The translations under genes and the position numbers were made by a program. DNA of 64,000 bases from Lytechinus pictus (lineage: Eukaryota). Below, in pieces: positions 1 to 15,600 of the stretch; position 1 is the first letter of the stretch; each line of letters starts with the position of its first letter. The stretch covers positions 12,836,001-12,900,000 of the forward strand of contig NC_087245.1 in NCBI RefSeq assembly GCF_037042905.1. Reading direction: 5' to 3'. The notes beneath the pieces are model-generated. The model was not told the DNA's origin, ran no database searches, and saw only the letters and a program-made list of their open reading frames with translations.

Positions 1-613
1 AAATTTATGTAACAACTGGCTTTCCATAGTTAAACCACAACTTTAAACCCGAGTTTAAATTAAACCCGAGTTCAGAATACGGGCCATGGACTCCATCTCA
101 CACAGGAGTGTGACTGATCCAATCAATCTATGGAAAGCCACTGACACCGCAATCATACGTTTGCACACTGCCATGTGATTCTTCTTGTTAAAGGGGATAA
201 GTGCGTACACTCACAAACAAAGAATGATGGCATTACTGGCTTTACATAGTTGTGATTGATTCAATTGATCACAGTCCTTTCTAAAACAGGGCCATTGATA
301 AACTTTCAGCCCAAACTTTGGCACTTCACATTCCTGTCATTCTATCAAGCGTACCTTTCAAAACAGCTCCATGAAACACATCCTGGGTTCAATTTCACAA
401 GACTTATTTTTGAAAGATACCATGCCATGGTATGTGATTGGCCAATAGCAAACTTGTCATACAAATTTTGCATTTGTTGTTATAGCAAGTTTCTACTTGA
501 TTACTCATACTCTGGTTAGAAAAAATAAATAAGTAGATTAGTCTTTTGGTACAATTCTGCCTGCATACCGACAGTTCAAGTGAAATTTAGGGATGAGAAT
601 TCATTTGTGAGTC

Positions 614-3600
614 TCAACAGCAATCCAGAGCATTACCACTACTATCCATGCTATGAAGAGCTATTAAACTTTCCGACTGATCTTTGTCATCTGACGTTGG
701 TAACCTGGTAAGGAAAACAACAAAAAGAGAAACGAGGAATACGATGGAAACTATTCAAACAGCATTATAGTATTTTGAGGGCCCCTCCAAGCATTTTGGG
801 TAAGAAAACAGGATTCTCAACAAGCAGTACAATGATTGGGTGAGGAAACAAAGTCTATCCAAGAAGTATCAAACAGAAAAGTTTTTATTTGTAAATGGTA
901 GCTTCTATATGATTGAAACTTCTCTACACACAATGCAATATTAACCTCCCCCCCCCAAAAAAAAAAAAAAAAATGATATTATAGTTGCAAAACAATTTCT
1001 GCCTCATTGATCATCTGTGTTCAATAATACATGGATGCAAGGTGTGTCCTTATTGTGACTTCACACCTCTGCATAAATCTTGAAAGTTTTTTTTTTTAAT
1101 TTTCCAATCACTTTCAGTGCATGCTATCTGGCAAAAAGTTATTTTAACCACAGGGGAAAGTAGGCCTCCCGTGAAAATGAACCACACACATTTTGGGGAC
1201 GGAATGAGATTTAGCTTACCTGACATGAGGTGTTTTCCTTCTGCATATTGAGCATATCGTGCAGAAGAGGCAGCTTAGTCTATGAAAACAGTAGTAAAGT
1301 CTTTTGATGAGAGCCCATGCAGGATCCCAATCATTGTAATGGGTTAGGATAGCTACCACAATAAATGACACAAACACTGGTATGGCACCTAAGATGAACA
1401 TTAGGGAGAAGTCCACCTGTAAAGAAAATGAAAATGAGAGTAGAAATGTCCTGACATGGCGGCACACATATCCTCTGGTAAGGCATGCACTGTTATCATG
1501 GTACATGTAGTTATGTCTATCCAGAACAAGAAAAGACTCTGCATGGAGATGGTTAAAGACCATTAAAGGTTAAAGGTTATTAGTCCTCTTACATGTTTTC
1601 AGAGCTATAATTGTGTGTATCCTGATAATGTATGTTTTTAGGCACCTTGTTTTTATGTCTCAACAATAAGTACTTCAAAAACAATTTTCTATTTAAAATA
1701 AAATGAACCGAACATACTATGTAATATATTTTATCAAACATTTACTAGAATTGCTTTATGTTTACAGGCCTACAAGGGCTACGTTTAATTAAATTATTTC
1801 AGGAAATGACAGGGTATTGCACTCAACTTCCTTGTTAATTGGTGTCAACAGTCATTTCTTAATGCAATAGCAAGTTAATCTAACATGGTGTACATGTATA
1901 TCACATTACATAATAAAATACAGAATTTGACTTACATTATTATAATAGATATCTACAAGGATCGACATGGGGATAGTGAGACTCAAAGAAAGTGTTCCAA
2001 TCAATGATGATGTCAAGAAACACCCCCTGTGGAAAGAAAAAATGAAAGCAGATTTGGTATCAACTCCAGGAGAAGAAAATTAACTTTGTAATTAAAACAA
2101 AGATTCACAAGATTCTGTGCTAGCATGAAAGTGAATTATAAATAACAGTTTTACAAGAAATGAATACGAGTAATTATTGAATTCTGAAATGGAAAGAAGA
2201 CGATGTGAAAGTTGATTATCAAGACTTCGCAAATTAAATGGGCTTGGAGATTCAAAGGACATGTCTATCCTATGGAGAAAGGGCTGAATGTTCAAGGAAA
2301 TCATGAGGTTTCTTGCAATTTACGATAACAAACGTGCTGAATTATTGCCATATAATCTGTTACCACATGTGGTAATGTTGCTTCTGACACATTTCGCATG
2401 TGCTAAATTCCATGAGCACTCCTAAAACAAACTGAGGAAGTATTTGATATGCATGATTATAAATGAATCAGCCGACAATCTGCCAGACCCTTCAAATTTG
2501 GATTGGCATGAGCATATCTGATTGGGCCATACTCGCAAGAGAAATCGTGTTGGCCATTAAGACTTTGATTATAAGCACTCTATTTGCAAAACATTATTTG
2601 AAAATGTATATATTATTATTAAAGACCTTTTTTTTACTCCTTTTTCTACTTCCTTTATTCAACGCTGATTTTTCTGTTTTCATCAAAAGCAACATGCTAG
2701 CAAGGTACAAATTATCATTCTCATTTATCATATAAAAACAAACATGAATTTATGAAGGGATCCCCCAAAAAGTAATACTTGGCAAAAGCAAAGTGTGAAT
2801 ACCTCAACATCATAGTAATATTGTAGACATAGTATTTTGAACAATTTAAGAAATAAAAGATAGATATTGCCAATAAAGCTGACAAAATGAAAATCATGCA
2901 TGGGGACATTGGAGAACAAAAAAAGGACAGTTTTTCATGCTGCAATCATCAAATTATCAGGGATCAAATTCTTGGAAATGAAAATCTACCACCAGTGTAG
3001 TCTCCCTTTTCAATAGTGCAGTGCCCTTTCACCTAGAAGTCACAAGTGACCTATTTCAAGAACAATAGGACACATGGTGTATTTATATTCCACTTCATTC
3101 AGAAGATTAAAGACCTCCCTTCTGATGTCAAACACCATTCTTCCAACCAAGGAATCAAGCAGCACTCATCCCCACCACAATAGAAAGGATTAACACACCC
3201 ATACATTCTATACCTTACTACATGTCGCCCAAGGTATAAGATGGGTAGATATCATAAAATGACTGGGACCTGCGATTGTTATAAATCAAATGCAAACATT
3301 TCCTAATGCCAACACTACACATACCATAACACTGTCATTTCCTAATGCCAACACTACACATACCATGACACTGTCCATTTACAGGTGTGTGTATGTATAT
3401 CTTTGAAAAACTAGAATCAGCATTGATGGTATTGCTCAATTCTATTATTAAATTATTAAAAGTGGTTGTGGTTCCCCAGTCAAATTGTCTTCAGGAGTTG
3501 TTGTTTGGTTAGGGCATCCTCTGACTCCCCCCCCCCCACACACACACCCGGGGGGGGGGGGGGGCACTTACATTGACGAGTGGATACCATGCGTGACTAA

Positions 3601-6600
3601 AAAAACATGTAAAAAGGATGTCTTTTTCAAGATAGGGCACATTACGTACGTAACATAATAAGGATGTCAAAAACACTAAAATAGTGAAAAAAGGGTATCT
3701 ATTTTCGCTAGGAAGCTACATGTTTAGGGTCAAATTTGCGATGGTATAAAAAAATTAAGACTAAATTGTTTTATAAAGGATGTACTTTTTGCCCCAAGAA
3801 ACAACACTATGTTTTTAGAGTACGATCATGACTTGCGCGAGGTGTGGGAGGTGGGGCTGTACTAAGCCCAACGATGTACATGTAGGTAAAGGTAAAACTG
3901 TCGACCAACGTCCTTGACATAACAATTAAAATATTGCTGTACTTGTTTAGGGGTTCAATTCTGGGAATACTTGCCAAGACTATCGTTTGGTTTCCAATAC
4001 TTGTTAAGGGTAGGGTTTCATCACACGCCAATACTTGTCAAGGGGTGCATTTTCAGAATATGGAAAATATGTGTTTAGGGTGCTTTTGGAGACCCCATGG
4101 TCATGCATGGTATCCACTCGTCAATGGAAGTGGCCCCCCTGGGACACACACGGGAGCTCTTCTCCAAGAGTAATGACTGTACTCTCAGATATTTTCAGGT
4201 TGGGAATCTTACCCTTCGAGTCTTTCTCTTGGGGAAGTTGCCTTATGTTTACAGTTGTATAACAGACCTGAGAGGATATCCATTTCATATTTATGACATT
4301 TGATCTGACTTACCAGAGCCAGAGAAACTCTGAAAGCACTGTTCCCACTATGCCATTAACAGCAAGGTATATCCAAACGTTGGATTTAGGGAGTTGGAAC
4401 GGCTCTATGTTGGTGTAATGTAGGATGACTATTCCAGGCCAAATCACTAGGAAATTGAACAGACCAACAAAACCTGAGAGAAAACAAAAGGAAAGTAGTG
4501 TGTTATAACATGTGCATGAGCGAAGTCATTCTGAAATTTACTCTTCAAACAGTTCAAAGCATTTTGATACAGTAAAAAAATCAATTAAATTCCTTCAATA
4601 CATTTCAACCTTATCTATAATTTATTGCAGTAATATACTTCACATACCCATGTGACATACAATTCAATCAAACTGCACAACACTATCTGTAATATTGAAA
4701 TGAAGATAAAAGAGGCCAGAAGAAAAAAAAAGTAGATCTCTTTAAAATGAGGAATTCCAGATTACAATACAAGTAATTAAATGTCTCTAACCACTGGAAA
4801 ATATATAAAATGTTTACTACATTGTACATCTGGTTCCGGTTTCACTAAAAATCATTATAAATGACTAATTGACAGGCAGAGCATTTTACCATGCAGTAAC
4901 AGTGATTCTCAGCTGAGCATTTCACTGTACATGTAGTTGAATTGTATTGAATTGAATATATTCATTGTCCTTTGTAGGAAATTCCTTTCACATCAGGTTT
5001 ACAAAATTACAAATACATATGTACACATAGGCAGAGTGAAATAGACTTACAATACAAAATGCCATAGACGTTATCTTAAATAGAAAATGTACAATTGCAA
5101 ATATAGAAATTAATTAATTATTCAAGTATTAATTGGTATGTGATTCCATCAACAGCTCGAATACAGAACAGGTCTGTACTACGCTAGGGGTGGAAAGAGT
5201 ATTGCGAGGAAATAAGTTAGTGTGAACAAATATTAGTTAGCAGTAAATGGCAAATTGTCATCAAACACCATTATAGAACACATCCCAAGATGTTACAAAG
5301 CATGAAATATGACAACAGGAGCATAATTATCTAAGGATATTGTGCTTTGTGTGTATTATTAAACATTAATAACATGTGTAAATAGTTGCATTAATCTGTA
5401 GAGTACTCGAGGCACATATTTAGAAAGTTATGGATTGAACAGAATGTCTTTTCTTTAAGAATTCAATAGAGTAAACTCACCAAAAAACATAGGAATATCA
5501 ATCTTGTCCTCGTTATCTACTTTTCGTTTGAGTGCAACAAGGTAAACTGCATAGAAGAAAGCACCAGCTAAAGCCCAAAGGGAGCCAAGTTTAAACTGGT
5601 TATCCTTGGTCCTATCTGAGTAGCTGACCATAAATATTCCTCCGACGCTACAAAAAAATCAGACATTTAATCATTATTGAATGAAAATTTGATAACCGTA
5701 TCAATAATCAACAAGCAAAAAACATGTCATTCAACACAACAACCAAAAGAAAAAATAAATAAATAAAAACAAATAATTGTAATTATGAACAACACAAGGA
5801 AAAGAGAATAAAAAATAATGCAATAAATAAAATACAAACAATTACAAATAAAGTCAAGAATATATTACTACCAGTAAAAATAAGGTAATTGATAGATAAA
5901 AGATTTGATACTTTTATTAATAACTATATACATGTAGAAGGAAATGATGTCATCAGCCAATACAACCATATTATAAATCCACAATTAAAACTTCAATATA
6001 AAAAATCAGATGTGTGGGTACTTCGTAACGTAATTACAAGGAAATACCAATGGAATCTATTAACTTTTAATCACATATGCAATTTGAAACCTTACCTACA
6101 TAAGTTTTATCATGAAAAAAAATATTTACAAGTATCTTTTATGGATTATAAGGATATAAGTGTTACGAAGTTCTATTATTAATCAAAGATACTTCTATAT
6201 TAAAGATTATATTCATATTCAAATTCGTATCAAAACCTACAGCCACACAAAGTCTATATTATCAATAATGTACATAGCTTCATACAGTATGATGGTGTTT
6301 TTTCCTTTTTAAAATACCTTTCTAGAAACTATAGGTACATCACTATGATTCTTATAAATGAAGAAATTAGTATGATAGGAAATGACTTACCTCACTAGAA
6401 CAGCAAATAATTTTGTGAGTGTGAATTTATCACCTTGAGAACTGGGAAACAGTGCTGCTAAAACAACGGTAAATAATCCTAATGAAAAAGAACGAGAAAG
6501 TAAAGAAATAGAAAAACATTAAAATGGGTGCAAAGTCATATAACAAGGCTAATGGAGATTCTGTCACATTAGCACTTTACAATGGACAAACCACCCCACC

Positions 6601-9600
6601 CCCCAAATAAAACCCAACATATGTTGAACAATGAGAGATAAGTAATATTCTTTGCTTAAAACATTCTCTATAATTCCTTCTTCCAATTTCTTTCAGGAGA
6701 AACAGCCCAAGTTGTGAGCACAAGTATAGGATGGAATTCCTTGAACAACCTAGGTAAACCTATTGTACCAAGTACTGTATACATGTTACATAACAATAGT
6801 CATTCTCACAAAGCACCCTTTTATGTCTAGTATGCCAGTACTTACATATCATTTTCTAAAGCCTGCCTCACACAGATACTTTGCGATCCAATTTTAAAAG
6901 TAAATACAAATAAATAAATCATTTGTACACACTTTGAGGTAACAGAAAAGTACAGTGCGTATCAAAATCAAGTTTACACTTTGAAAAAGCCCTGGGAATT
7001 AAAAAATATACAACATGGGTAATTTTTTCACATATAACCTTAGGTTTGGGTCTCATCTCTCTAATGAAAGCAAAAGTTTGAACAGAGTGTTACACTTGAG
7101 TGAGCACTGTCCAGTTTTGTAAAGCTCACAGAAATCTGTTTGCGCAGAAATGCTCGTTTTCACGCTGTGTCAAGGGGAAATGGCGAAATCAAACTTACCC
7201 TGCGAAACATTTCTCATGCATTTTCCTTGCACTTTTAGTCAATTGAAATAAAACGGATACATTCAAGCATTTTGTAACAATTTTGCCACCCAAATTGAAA
7301 TTTCAACACATAGTAAGCACAACCTTTACCCTTTTGTGCTAGCTGGATCTGAGGGCATAACTGAATCTGAACAAAAGTTTGTATTAGACATCTCCAGCAT
7401 TTTTTCACTAAGTTTTTATCATTTAAAGTTGGTTTACATTTCATTTAATACTTGTTTCTCCACACATTTTCCAAGCTTGACAACGATTAACAAAATGAAA
7501 ATCAAGACTAAGCCATTTCATGTAAATCACAGCTCAGTGTAAACAAATATCGTCACGATGGCCTCTGTGTTTGGGGGAGTGGGGTGGGGCGCAATGCACT
7601 CTTCGAAGTGTTTTGGGCAAGGAACCGAGTTAAAAAAGGTAAAAGATATCTTCAAATCAATTTTACTAGCTAAATTCCACGTGTTCTTCATGATTAAGGT
7701 CTACTTTTATTCACATAACTATTTCAAAGTTCTGCGCAAATCATTTTTCACTAACTTTTCAAAAGTAAGTGGTGCTCACTCAAGCGGAAATATTTTTCGA
7801 CAGTTATATCGCCATTTGCTTAAATGGATCTGTACCAATGTTAAAATGTAGAATTTTTTTCAGGATATTACAAATGTATGATTTTACAGGATTTTTTCTA
7901 AGTGTAAACTTTTATTTGATACGCACTGTAGAGGTAGTAAAATTAAAATTACAGAATGATAAACCTTCTTCACTGAATATATAAATTGTTAAAAACTCAT
8001 ATTTATATCAGTGCCAACAAGGTGGGGGCAACTTGAAAATGATCTGAGTTATACTCCACATGTACAAACCTTGCATAGATTTCTTATGCAGCAATATTAT
8101 TCCTCTCCTGAACCAATTACATTTGATAACTCAGACCTTAAAAAATGTTTAAATTCAATGATATTGTGATTTGGCATTAAAACTGGATCAAATTGTATTG
8201 TACAATGCGAGGCAGACTTGAAAAGGAATCTATTACTTCAATACTTACCCGATGTCGATGACAGGGTATTGACAATAGCCATCTGGGAATCATTTAATGC
8301 TTCTTGATAAGAAAAATTGGCAAGGAACCACTGAAAAAAAAAAAAAAAATGATTTTTGTAAAGATCATAGTGATAATATGGAACAAAAGATTTAGCCTTT
8401 TCTTTGTGGGAACATTTTGTAGTCTAAAGGTAGAATATATCACATGGATGCAACTTCTCTCTATAGTGACCCAACAGTTTCATGACCAAAATCCACACCA
8501 AATATGCATGGAAATGTCCAAAAGGTTACTTAGCATGTAATCTAAAATAGTAACGTAGCATTGTAATAACCATTTCATATTCGAACCGCAGACAACTACA
8601 TTTAGATATAAACACCCTTTAGTCTTTGGTCCACACAGTACTGTCAGAATATCAAATATAGATTATCTGGACCAGAAATAGAAGGAATTCATCACAGAAG
8701 CTATACTTCCTTTACATTGAAGGCCAAATGCATCAGTCAGTTAAAATCATTTAATAATAACCTCTCAAATTCAAGGTTTTGAGTTTCAAGTATGTGGAAG
8801 ACCTAAAAAAAATGGGGGGATGTCTGTATTTCTAGGATCTGTTACAAAAACATTATTGTTGATAGTACATGTACCAGTATATATATGAATTATAAGCTAC
8901 AATTAATCAAACGAAACACAAGGGCCAATAAATGCCAGGGTTCTAAGAGCAATAACCAAGGCAAAATTACAACCACTAGGAAGTAACACTCATTAGTGCC
9001 CTGTGAAATGAGGATAAACAATCATTTTACCATGGATTTTAATTCTTAAGTCTTTTCCACAGACTTAAAATGAACCAAATCATAACATTGTTAAATTACA
9101 TATAATGTGGAAATTTAACACATGGTGAAATAATAAATAAAATTCACTATTCTTGAAGTACCTTATTTATTCTTGATGTTTGTTGAAATGCTTATTAAAC
9201 TGCTTGTGAATATTTTCTTTTAATAAAGTACAGAATAAACTATACCTAATTTGAATCTTTTGAGACAAAAAAATATGTTTGACTTAGGAGATATTCAACT
9301 TTATCATGTAAATAACACCTATTTTAATTCATCTGGTTTTAAAAAACTGCTTCAACTTAGGTGAATATTTAATTTATGGAAGGTGAACTTAAGCATAGTT
9401 TTGTACAAAATTCCAATAGATCTTACCACTAAACAAAACATGAAGCTAATTTTTGCGACTTGAGGAATGGTAAACTTGTTTGCTTGTTGAAGGTTTTCCT
9501 TTGCTCTCTGTGTAGCATTGTAGGATAACCTAGCCATCATGGCTTCATCTGCAACATCATCTGAAATACAAACAATGGTCACATGAATATACAATGAAAT

Positions 9601-12600
9601 TGTGAGTATACAGTGAACATACAAGAGTAATATGCCATTGTGTAATCTCTAGACAAAGACTATAATGGCACCAAAATAATGGTGTACAAGCGTTAATTTG
9701 TGATGCTTATCTAATAAATTGTCCATGTATCCAGGATGAGTTTACTTTCCATCTAGACTCGCTTGTATGTCCCATGGTTGTGAACTACCCTTAACTTAAC
9801 CAAAAAATATTAAATGACCTACAGTATATGCATGAAAAGTGAAAGCCACTTGAAATCATGTTCAATACAGAGTCCTTTATTCTACTCAGCATGCAAACTG
9901 CCCTTGAGAGAGAGATCCTGAAAAATCAATATTTGATTTTACCCAATGACTATATTTGATCCCTCCACATATAATCATTTTGAGCTTGTGCAAATAGCTT
10001 TCAACAATCCACAACGTTACGTCAATACAAACAGAATTTTTATTTGAATGATGAAAATTCAATACTTTATAATACGTTCATCGTGCATGCACATGTATGT
10101 CAAACTTTTAAACAATAACTGAGGATCTTTGAGTGAATCCAATTTATGAAAGAAGAAAAAGGAAAATGAATTTATGTACAGTAATCCATCCATTACCAGT
10201 TTTACATTACTTATTAAAAGTCAAATGTTCAAATGCTTACCAGACAAATGTCTGACTTCCATCAAATTACTAAATCGAACTCTGGAATTCAATGTTGCTG
10301 CAAAGAGGAAAATACACATATAATTTAAACATTTTCAGTATCAATATAGTATACAAATAATGCACGTAAGCGAGTGTATGCAGGGCCAAATAATGAACGA
10401 TGTGCGAGAAGAGCCAATGGATATACCGCATAGAGGTTCGCAGGACCAAGAGCGGTATATCCATTTGGCGAGTCGAGCACAGAATTCATTATTTAGGCCC
10501 TCAATGCACAAGAATGCCTGTATTGCACTATCCTGCACTCTGACGTCAGAGTGCAGGATAGTGCATTTTGGATACAATACTGCAATTCCCTGAATATCAT
10601 GTGATCCGATTTGGACCAATCAGATTACGGAACATTCTTGGGAGTTGTATAATAAACACTGTTTGGCAAAGTCAGAATTACTGACAGGTCATCCATGTGA
10701 ATTGTAGACTAAAAATGCGATAGATTTTAAAGTAAAAGAATTTTACTTTATCAATCATGTATGAGTACATGCATATCAACCTTACATTCTTTTAAGTTCA
10801 TACATTCATAATGAGCACAGGTCACTGATTTTACCATCACACAGTATACATTAATATTTCATGTACATGCAAAGTCATTGATATTAACAAAAAAAATTAT
10901 TAAAAAATCTATTGTATATACTCCAAAACCTAAATCAACTTACAAGAATCGCATGGCTCACTAAAACTGTTACTCCGACTGCTCTCTTTATCACTGTCGT
11001 TGAACTTGACTGGAACATACAGAGGATCACTCTGCAAAAATAACAATAGCATCAAAGTCAGACTTAATAAAAGTACAGTACATACATGCACATCATTCAA
11101 TTTAATCTTCATACATGCACATCATTCAATTTAATCTTCGATAATTTGCTTTCAACAAAAGACAATTCAACATATATATAGTAGGCCTACAGCGTGCACT
11201 TGGAATTTTCGCACATTTTGATAACATATTGTACTTTGAGAAAAACCTTTAAAAAAAAACTCAAACATTTTCATCCCCCCCCCCCCCCGAAACGAAAAAC
11301 CACCTTCAATAGCACCTGCATACATGAACATAGCATGTAATATTCATAAAGGATGCTCTTGCTTGAGGGCAAGGTAAAAAGCATCAGTACCATATTTTAA
11401 AGAATATATATTTTTTAAAGCGTGACATGTTCTTTGAACACTAACTATTTCTTTTGTATTTTATTATATGAAATATTAAATATTTTTATTTTCTCGTCAT
11501 TGTCATGTGAAATGAAGTTTCATTCCTCCCTGAATACTTGGAATTCCATTATCTTAATATTTTGTGCTTCAGGCAAGGAGGTCCTAATCGTCAAATTCGT
11601 AAAAATTGATATATTGTATAATTCAAACAATAAAAAACAAAAGAAATAGTGAGTGAGTGACGTCATCGACTCTCTCATTTGGATGTAACTGGCTCGTTCA
11701 TATAACTATTTTGTTAAAAATAAGCGAAACTTTGAAATGTTATAACTTTCTTATTTTACATCCGATTTTGATGAAATCTTCAGCATTGTGCTTGTCTGAT
11801 TTTTCTCTATTGATTCAAATCAACATTTTTCTGAGGTGGACTTGACCTTTAACAAATCATGTCAAGTGCATGCATAATTCTAGAACAAGTATATCAAAAG
11901 GTGGTTTCAGACCGCCTCGAAGTTCGTCAGTTCCAGGTATTCTCTGATCGGGAAATTTACCCCGATCAGAAAATACCAGGTATTTTGGTAATGTGAAAGC
12001 AAACTATGCGTAATTTCCCCGAAAGAAAATACCTGCTAAATAGTAGGTACTTGGCGAAATTACGAGAACTATCGCGGGGATTTTTCCAAGGTCGCAGGTA
12101 TTTTGGCAATGTGAAAGCAATTTACAGGAACTTTTAGCCCAGCGTGTCGTTGGGCGCGGGCGCCGTGGGTGGCTGCTGGGATAGTGGTTTTGAATCTCGC
12201 GCCTTGCCTGCTTATTAGACCATACTGCGCATGCTCCTAACTTCAGGAATTTATCCCGAAGGATATGTTTCGGGGCGGTGTGGAATAATTAATGGGTATT
12301 TTTTAGCCTAAAAATGTTCTCGTAATTTAACGGGGATTCTTGTGATCGAGGCGGTTTGAAACCACCTAATGAGAACTCTTCATCAGTAGCCATTCACAAG
12401 ATCAAATTAAGAAACCCCCATCTCCGTCAAGATACTAAGGGAATTTTCAGTGACCTTGAACTCTGAGCAGGTCAGCTTTTAGCTGGATAATTCACAAAAT
12501 TGGGTGCTAAAAAGAAATAAGATGACTCAGGATTGTATGAAACGCATGATAGTCCACTAATTGCATTCAATTTTAATCTTATGATTTCATTATTGGGTAA

Positions 12601-15600
12601 GTTTGCAAGCTAAGAATTGTAGTAGGATCATTTGGAAACCTTTATTGATTGATGAAGTCATTTCGCTGTGGCAACCCTTGTGGTCACCCTGGTGCTAATC
12701 CTGACTTTCATATGGGTGATTTATGAATGTGTGGAAGCTAACAAGCTTTTTACACCTGCCTAATCACAAAATACTGTATCTGTATAATTGCAAGAAATTC
12801 TCAGGCCTCACAAATAATATCTGATTAATTCATGTACATTCACCCCTTCCTGAACAAGAAAATTTTCAAGTCTGCAACAAGACTTACACTCCATAGCAAA
12901 TGATGCAATATTTTCTTGCCTCGCACTATAGGATCTAATGTATGTCACACTCCAATATCCCTACAAACTTGATGTGCAATTTTATAAGCTCTCATGATTT
13001 GGAAAGTACCAACAAAAAAATACAGGTAGGCCTGTTTTATTTCAAGGGAGACCGGGATAGTACTTTGCTTAATTTAGCAAAACACAAGGCAAGTGTGAAG
13101 GCACCTATGGAAGTGAACCTCAAAACTACCTGAAGATCTTCCAGCATATGCCAAGACAATCATAAGGGTTTATAGTCCTCTTGTGTCTGCCCCTTGGCGA
13201 TAGGGCCGCGATGAACACTCCATCATCCAGAAAGCCTCTTTCTAATCATCAACATATTATGCATTGTATTTATTGGTACTACATGTACAAGTCTCTGAAT
13301 CCTGAATATTTCTTGTCATTTGAAATATACTGTAGGTCTACTTCAATATTATTAACATGAATGTGTTTTGGTAATGATACCAAGTTACAATATAGGCCTA
13401 CTATGTACTGAACATGAAAGTTAGTTTGCAAAAAGCAGACTCTCATGAATGCAGCAGATCAAAACATCAGTTCAAAGTGTGGTAATTTTGTTTCAATATA
13501 TGTATACTATGAACAGTATCATTCATACATTTACTATACCATTAATATAGGAGGGCCTGCATTACTTAGGTTTGTGAAAATGCATTTTTATTAGTCAAAG
13601 AAAAAAATCAATTCATCTACATGTATTTACAAAATCTGTAAACCATATAAATTCACTCTTTTATATAAAATATAGTTTCAAATTCCAGATTGATATATTA
13701 ATGAATGCATCAGTGTGATTTGCGGCCACTGCTTTGCAATTGGAATGACTTCTGCCCGTCTACAGGTATATTGTGAATGAGTCATGGATACACGTTTATG
13801 ACTCAGTTACCAATATCAACCATGCAGCAATTATAGCAATGGTTCAATGCACACAAAATTCATTAAGCCTCCACAATAACACGAACTGGACCGTACATTT
13901 AGTATCATGAAAAAATCTCACCATATTAATTATTATGAGGTCATACTTCAAATATGTATATCATGAGCATTAACTAGGGATGTATTTGCCAGGCAAAAAT
14001 TAACTACATGTACACGTTCACTATAATGCAGTTTATTAAAGTTTCCTTTTGTATTCCCCCCAACAAATATAAACATTACAAATACTCCCATGTATTTCCT
14101 TATTGAAATATTTCCACTTCTTTTCCCATGAAGACAGTTGGAAGCAGTCAACATAATCACCATGAGAACTCAATAAAGCAATTATCCTTGATAAATTCAA
14201 TGATGCATGCATGCTTCAAAAGCATAATTTGCTCAAATGTAATAAAAAAATATAATTGGTCAATACTTTGCTATATACAAATACTTTATTTACATGTACC
14301 TGACCCAACACAATGAATTATAAATGACATGATCATTGCAATTATAATGATGTAGACAGTAATGAGAATGTTTTAAATTGGCTAATATATAATTCAATCT
14401 ATAAATAGCATACTCATTATTCAGTGTAACCATGAAATACGGTTGAACTTAATAAAATTCTATCTTCATTTAATAGCTAAATTGCACAATATTGAGATTA
14501 ATTCATGGAGGTGAGATTAGCATGTGGTATTTTTCAATATCCATATATGAATTTGTTATTGTACTTTGTACAATGTTTCCCATGCTAGAGTATATGGATG
14601 CCACCATACATGTTCTTGTACATAAAAGATCAAGATCTAATCGAGAGAATTCAGGCATCTTTTGATTTTATATTTTTTGTATAACCCGTACCAGATAATA
14701 GTTGAGAAAACTAACTAATGCAAGGCCTAATGTAAATGCCTACATGTAGGCAATGGTTGCTTTGCACCCACTGTTTGGAGTCTCATTGCATCAAACATAT
14801 TGCTTACATTAATGGCTAGAGACAAAGATATGGCTGCATGCAACCTCCTCCTAGAATATAGGAAGTATGAAAGCAACTTACTCAACATACCCCAAAAATA
14901 CCTGATAGTTAACCTACAAGTAGTAGGTAGGCTACTTTTCTTAATTTCAGAATCTTTCACAGGAATTTCTCAAAGGTCTCTAGTATGCTTTTCATCCTGC
15001 ATTTTTTAAACCCACTACCATACCGATACCTGGACTATCCTTTAACCTGGACTATCATTAACCCCATACTATCTTTTTGGGGGGGTTTCAGACTGACTTT
15101 CTTAACCCCATACTATTTGCTTTAATAGCCGGGGTTATCGCCTTAACACCGGACTATCGCACAGCTCATGAAAATTGATGATTTTGCCTCACAGTGCGTG
15201 ATTAATACACAATTTCGACTTCTGTGATTGGATAATGCTTAGCCCCACTTTTCTCTGCCCGGTTTGGATTCAGACTGCATTTCTTAGCACTGCGATAAGC
15301 CACCTAACCCTGCTTTTTAGCAGGGCCAGATGTGCTAGCCCACTTGGTATAATGTTGTGTGAAACCGAAAAGTGAGACAAAAATAATGCATATCAATGCA
15401 AGAGAATCGCTGCTGGCTTCTGGTTCAAGGGGAGCATTACATCAATATATTTTGGACAATTAGTTGACAGACAACTTTTTTTTATTTTGACTGGCTGATC
15501 TTGAGAAGCACTGTTACCCTGGTCACTGTCGGATAAAACACTTGACAACTCTTTTCATAAATCGCTCCCCAGGTGGATGTAAACACATGTACCAAGTATT

